Origin: a virus | Lineage: Duplodnaviria; Caudoviricetes | DNA length: 29,654 nucleotides | Reading direction: 5' to 3' (one strand) | Virus record (IMG/VR): IMGVR_UViG_3300012953_000145 | Coordinates: 1 to 29,654 of that record | In this document: one piece after another, positions 26,501 to 29,654 of the stretch | Position numbering within the stretch: position 1 is the stretch's first letter | Layout of the letters: each line of letters opens with the position of its first letter | The notes under the pieces: generated by a model | Database searches by the model: none | What the model saw: the letters and a program-made list of their open reading frames with translations, nothing else | What the model was told of the DNA's origin: nothing | Program-made: the position numbers and the translations under genes

Positions 26501-28509
26501 CAGCAAAACCAGAAATACTTAGAAGTTTCTCGTCAGATAAAATTAATATGACGTATAGTTTACATGGAAACAATCAAATCAACAGTACAGAAAAAAATTC
26601 TTTAACTGATTTGTTTGAAGATATTTTTAGCGTCAACAAAGGAGAAAATACAGTATTTGGTTATATCACAAAAAAAATAATAGACATGATTTGCGTAATC
26701 GATGAAAGTTTCTTAAAAAAAGATTTTAAATTAGAATCTGAAGTAGATGCATACATTGAAGAGAATACTCATATTATAGATTTAACTATAGAATTGCTTG
26801 AAATTTATGCATCTGTATATTGTTATTATATTGATATGTTAAATCAAGAGTCAACTTTAAGGCTATTTAGTTTTTCTTCTGACGATAAAAATGAAGTACT
26901 TAGCTTAGCATCAGAAAATGCTAGAAATAATCAACAATGTGAATTCTTTGGTCGAGCTAGATTGTTTGACTTATATACCTTGAAAAGTTTTTCAAGCGAT
27001 TATGAAAATAATATACTTAATCGTTTTGTTTCTTATAAATGTGTAGAAGAATTATATAATCTTACTAAGTTTCATAACAGTAGTACAGAATTGTTTGTAG
27101 CAAATAATAATATTATAGTTCAAAACAACAAACAAAAATATACTAAAGATTTAGAAAAAGTTTTAAAGACTTTAACAACATCAGACATTTATCAAGGACT
27201 AACTTTTGACTTATTGAAACAAAGTTTTAATTTTTATTTAAATAATATTAGAAATATTAGTTATGAAGATATTAAAAACGAAACGATCATTAAAGATAGC
27301 AAGTTTAATATTGAAAGCATTATAATGAATGTTTTTAATACAAATTACATGAATGCTTTTTATAATAAAAAGAAATTTTTAAAAGATTACAATAGTTTAT
27401 TTGATAATGAAATAAAAAATCTTTTCAGCGCAAATAGTCTTTCAAATAAAAATGTACTAGATGTTGAAAAACTAAAAGAATTAAGAAAGATTAAAAGCTT
27501 AAGGAATCAAATAAGAACAGTAGATAGCAAATTACTCAACAGTGATTTTTATAGTTATGTAGTAAACTTAGAAGATTTAAATAAAGTAAATTATGATTCT
27601 TTAATTAAAATAAAAATAAACCTTATTGATCATTCTAGGTTAGATAGAATGTTTTTACCTAAAATATTATACTTTTCTCCTATTTTATTTTCAAAAGATT
27701 TTTACAGTAATGAAGTTTCTGAAGATAATGGTAAAATCGGTGTATACCAAGTAGGAGAATATGGTGATAATAGAATAAGATATTTTACGTTAGAAAGTTT
27801 AAAAACATTGCAAATTTTTAGAAATATTATAGTTGAAAAATTTGAAATTAAAAATATTCATTTAACAAATTTTTCAGATTTTACTGAAAGAAATGATGTT
27901 ATTATAGAAGAAATATTTAATAATCATATTACTTCAAACAGTATTGAAAATATTATTGATATACTTCACAATATAAAACTTGATGAGAAACAAATTCTAA
28001 ATAAAATTTCAAAAAACACTTATGACGTCTTTAAAATATTAATTAATAATGAAATGTTTTTTGACGTATTTAATACAAACAAAGATGTTTTCATAGATGA
28101 ATGTTTTACTTATAATCTAGAAGAAGATTGCTATTTTATCAAAAGTACAAGAAAAAAATATGATAAAATTGTAATGTTTATTAAATACTTAAGCAACATC
28201 ATGTCAGAAGAAAACGACGCTAATATTTTAAATAATATTAAAAATTATGTCAATTTAAATTTTAACATTAATACTAGTGACTTTTTGTTTATAGTTAATA
28301 ATAATAACTTAAACTTAGAAGCCTCTGATGACAATACATATTTAATAGGTAATAGTGGGACAGAAATAAGTAAATATGACAAATTGAAATATTACTTAGA
28401 TAATATTGATATTGATAACCTGATGAATATTGGAGTTTATACATTTTACCCTGCGAATACAGAAAATATTGATAATTACAGTATATCAATTACTTCAGAG
28501 GTTGTTTAA
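23512..28509 (+). CDS. Hypothetical protein (1665 aa), likely structural by context
   Basis: 5 kb ORF with ATGA overlap with the upstream stop. Largely helical-looking central part. No recognisable motif. Confidence 0.75.
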   Translation: MIKSDLEIINRALKSEEFGLPKKQLLNNTIKINSNRNLNIASSEEICNYKLNCYSNMFDNFEIFFNSIFNVSSSKEKIFDDIKLTSRKKINFQNEVDISITEILEFYKKNSFKEEIFKTHILKKQSVNFGKITNFLFNKIFNEESLNVYSENRLIAQKQETYFEIFNQDLMSFANFKNYLLINADDVYDETNKLSNLNDVNVNTYICQNFINLTRSLFTLYPGTLHGVVTKRTVDIADTSKNLICITSEDSELKFFDYVNTESLIFDYKGFFNNEYVEWQNNRQTFERVDGETLNTSQQVPVEIENDVQTYNLGGVSYNYVTGTIEPNNPSNLEIESNVSNLETNQYIFRQKQLNISPETYGILDRSLNVNNRRYLPVPNEFYKDGAVIDKDDGSLRGRTSNTDDIPYKPIVENIIKTITDVYNSDLGSLLHLNSSFLKKWIFHQTLHDINGFSSDVVFRTNNLFQSISFDAITNKSINNYRHAPPGFQGERLNSSNILNYTSILNVSSEEEYNENLENLLYTQLRSRYRNIRDNFNYTVSLDYLNMNIERSMSMIYYKRKPIFEVYKINDYDFNNYNYYDDISQSSNNDYSIFDKDIINTRIRCNYLSLKTDNIVKKAKMLSFKNLDINLDIFKEIATSISRKSTKNLMISYSNDAESNIVLADAESKLFNLIFTKDEDKEDKFYSNFSITHNEKGLSTFSNYLELNKNNIETNSEVEDNSDLLNSILKNNYRGKFFKTSSSLLKNIVEDVIKEAFVKSELDNYFEIARCQYLYLYYIKNAASGESEKNSYSTIAKRFIKKSIEQSQQYTGFDDFKEFKYNIEDIDLNSYTDNTAHIRSQKKIEFQEKFIEELVQTSDSLNKIKNTVFDSTNLNKIKNDCSFEKTQNIKVNLKAQNSFNDLTSGDLYDENEAFTEEELLERLRGKGLFDNLFNKLDESFENSELEVAFELTKCILPFTYLFKDCVLNKTANSAANVTNMNFNVENLHLLHWPFGLSAKPEILRSFSSDKINMTYSLHGNNQINSTEKNSLTDLFEDIFSVNKGENTVFGYITKKIIDMICVIDESFLKKDFKLESEVDAYIEENTHIIDLTIELLEIYASVYCYYIDMLNQESTLRLFSFSSDDKNEVLSLASENARNNQQCEFFGRARLFDLYTLKSFSSDYENNILNRFVSYKCVEELYNLTKFHNSSTELFVANNNIIVQNNKQKYTKDLEKVLKTLTTSDIYQGLTFDLLKQSFNFYLNNIRNISYEDIKNETIIKDSKFNIESIIMNVFNTNYMNAFYNKKKFLKDYNSLFDNEIKNLFSANSLSNKNVLDVEKLKELRKIKSLRNQIRTVDSKLLNSDFYSYVVNLEDLNKVNYDSLIKIKINLIDHSRLDRMFLPKILYFSPILFSKDFYSNEVSEDNGKIGVYQVGEYGDNRIRYFTLESLKTLQIFRNIIVEKFEIKNIHLTNFSDFTERNDVIIEEIFNNHITSNSIENIIDILHNIKLDEKQILNKISKNTYDVFKILINNEMFFDVFNTNKDVFIDECFTYNLEEDCYFIKSTRKKYDKIVMFIKYLSNIMSEENDANILNNIKNYVNLNFNINTSDFLFIVNNNNLNLEASDDNTYLIGNSGTEISKYDKLKYYLDNIDIDNLMNIGVYTFYPANTENIDNYSISITSEVV

Positions 28510-29654
28510 ATGTCTAAGTTTTACAGTTTTAATAATTTCAATAATAATCTAGAATTAAATTTTGGTTTTAAATATAATAGATACGAAGAAAAAGAGACTC
28601 TAACTGATCATAATAAAATAATATTTTCTAATGATTTTAATAATAAAGAAATATTTATAGATATTAACTTTAATGTATACAAATCATTTAATGACAACAA
28701 AGATCCTTTAAAACATTCTTCTGAATTAAATTCGCAATATTTAAATTCTATAAATAATACTAGTATTAATAAACACCAATTAGAATTTTTTAATAATTTA
28801 AGTCAGAAAAAAGACTTCTTAGTTAGTAATCATAGCTTAAGTAAAGAAAAAATAGAAAATATATATGAATTCTTTGGAATAAATTATATTAATTTTGAAG
28901 AAAATTTTAATAAAAATAAAAAAGTACACTTTAATAGGGATAAATTAGACTATATTGAAAGGTGTAATAATAACAATATTTTCTTTGAAGAAGAAGCATT
29001 TAAGGAAAATGATTATAATGACTTTTATAGAAATAACAATACAATAAAAAGTTTTATAGAAACAAAACAAAATTTTATTTCAGATTTAGTGCCGTATAAT
29101 AGAAAAAATATATATGATGAACCAGATATATCTTTTAGTTTTGTAGGTTTTTTTGTAGAAAAATATTTAAAAAAAGATAATAAATATACTTGCTTAGATA
29201 GAAGATTTTATGTTGACAATGATATTAAAAATTTTCAAACAACAGCTAATAAATATTATAGCTACAATAAAATACTTAACTTAAAAGACAATGGAATACA
29301 ATACGGTCAAACTTATAAATATAAAGTTTGCCCAGTGTACAGTATAACTTTTCCTAAATTTAATGACTTTCATATTGTTGAAGACTATCTTTTTTGTGAT
29401 GTTCCTTATTTTACAAAAGATATTGTTTGCAAAGAAAAAGAAAGACCTCTGCCTCCAAATAACATAAGATTTAGGTATATTAAAAATACAAAAAATATTT
29501 CTATAACATGGAATTTAATACCTGATCCTGTTGGTGACATAAAAGGATTTCAAATATTAAAGAGGGACAATTTAAAAGATCCTTTTGTACTGTTAAAGCA
29601 AATAGAGTATCATAACAAAGATGATTTTTATAAAAGAAATAATCTTATAAATGA
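28510..29654 (+). CDS. 3'-truncated fibronectin type III-like domain protein (not in ORF track)
   Basis: ATG at 28510 directly after TAA, GAGGT SD at 28498-28502, and frame +1 open to the window end (381 full codons, MSKFYSFNNF...). FN3-like motifs LKDNGIQYGQTYKYKVCPVY and PLPPNNIRF...ISITWNLIPDPVGDIKGFQILKR. Confidence 0.8.
   Translation, partial: MSKFYSFNNFNNNLELNFGFKYNRYEEKETLTDHNKIIFSNDFNNKEIFIDINFNVYKSFNDNKDPLKHSSELNSQYLNSINNTSINKHQLEFFNNLSQKKDFLVSNHSLSKEKIENIYEFFGINYINFEENFNKNKKVHFNRDKLDYIERCNNNNIFFEEEAFKENDYNDFYRNNNTIKSFIETKQNFISDLVPYNRKNIYDEPDISFSFVGFFVEKYLKKDNKYTCLDRRFYVDNDIKNFQTTANKYYSYNKILNLKDNGIQYGQTYKYKVCPVYSITFPKFNDFHIVEDYLFCDVPYFTKDIVCKEKERPLPPNNIRFRYIKNTKNISITWNLIPDPVGDIKGFQILKRDNLKDPFVLLKQIEYHNKDDFYKRNNLIN

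Noticed and set aside
27040-27085. Possible intein C-terminus (ELYNLTKFHNSS)
   Set aside because: Spacing is too short for intein blocks F-G, and no block A/B or homing endonuclease motif was found upstream.
62-28489. Short (60-134 aa) minus-strand and alternate-frame ORFs in the track
   Set aside because: All lie within long + strand genes, have the S/L/F/I-rich composition of antisense shadows, and show no motifs.
23512-28509. Tape measure protein or virion RNA polymerase call for the giant ORFs
   Set aside because: No Ala/Gly-rich periodic repeats typical of tape measures, and no DxDGD polymerase motif in a recognisable context, in the 2124, 1665 or 1043 aa proteins.
1-29654. CRISPR array, DGR template/variable repeat pair, IS element or tRNA
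   Set aside because: No regularly spaced repeats, long near-identical nucleotide repeats, reverse transcriptase or transposase motifs, or non-coding space were seen by eye. A self dot plot would confirm this.

Overview
A very AT-rich window (roughly 20-25% GC by eye), almost fully coding and entirely on the + strand. It reads as part of a large, jumbo-type contractile-tailed phage genome in the standard genetic code. Order: 5'-truncated hypothetical ORF, T4 gp55/sigma70-region-2-like sigma factor, small helical protein (possibly a small terminase), then a ~28 kb structural operon. The operon holds a gp5/gpV-like spike, gp25-like and gp6-like wedge proteins, a DNRLRE/CBM96-like protein, a gp7/P2-gpI-like wedge protein carrying LamG domains, 486 aa and 2124 aa proteins, a tail-collar-like protein, 1043 aa and 1665 aa unknowns, and a 3'-truncated FN3-like protein missing from the ORF track. 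The most notable observation is a ~130-210 aa beta-rich module shared by three different structural genes, with a probable degenerate fourth copy; in one gene it interrupts a recognisable domain. No RNA genes, CRISPR arrays, IS elements or terminators were seen. Family calls rest on motifs recognised by eye and recalled family consensus, not on database searches.
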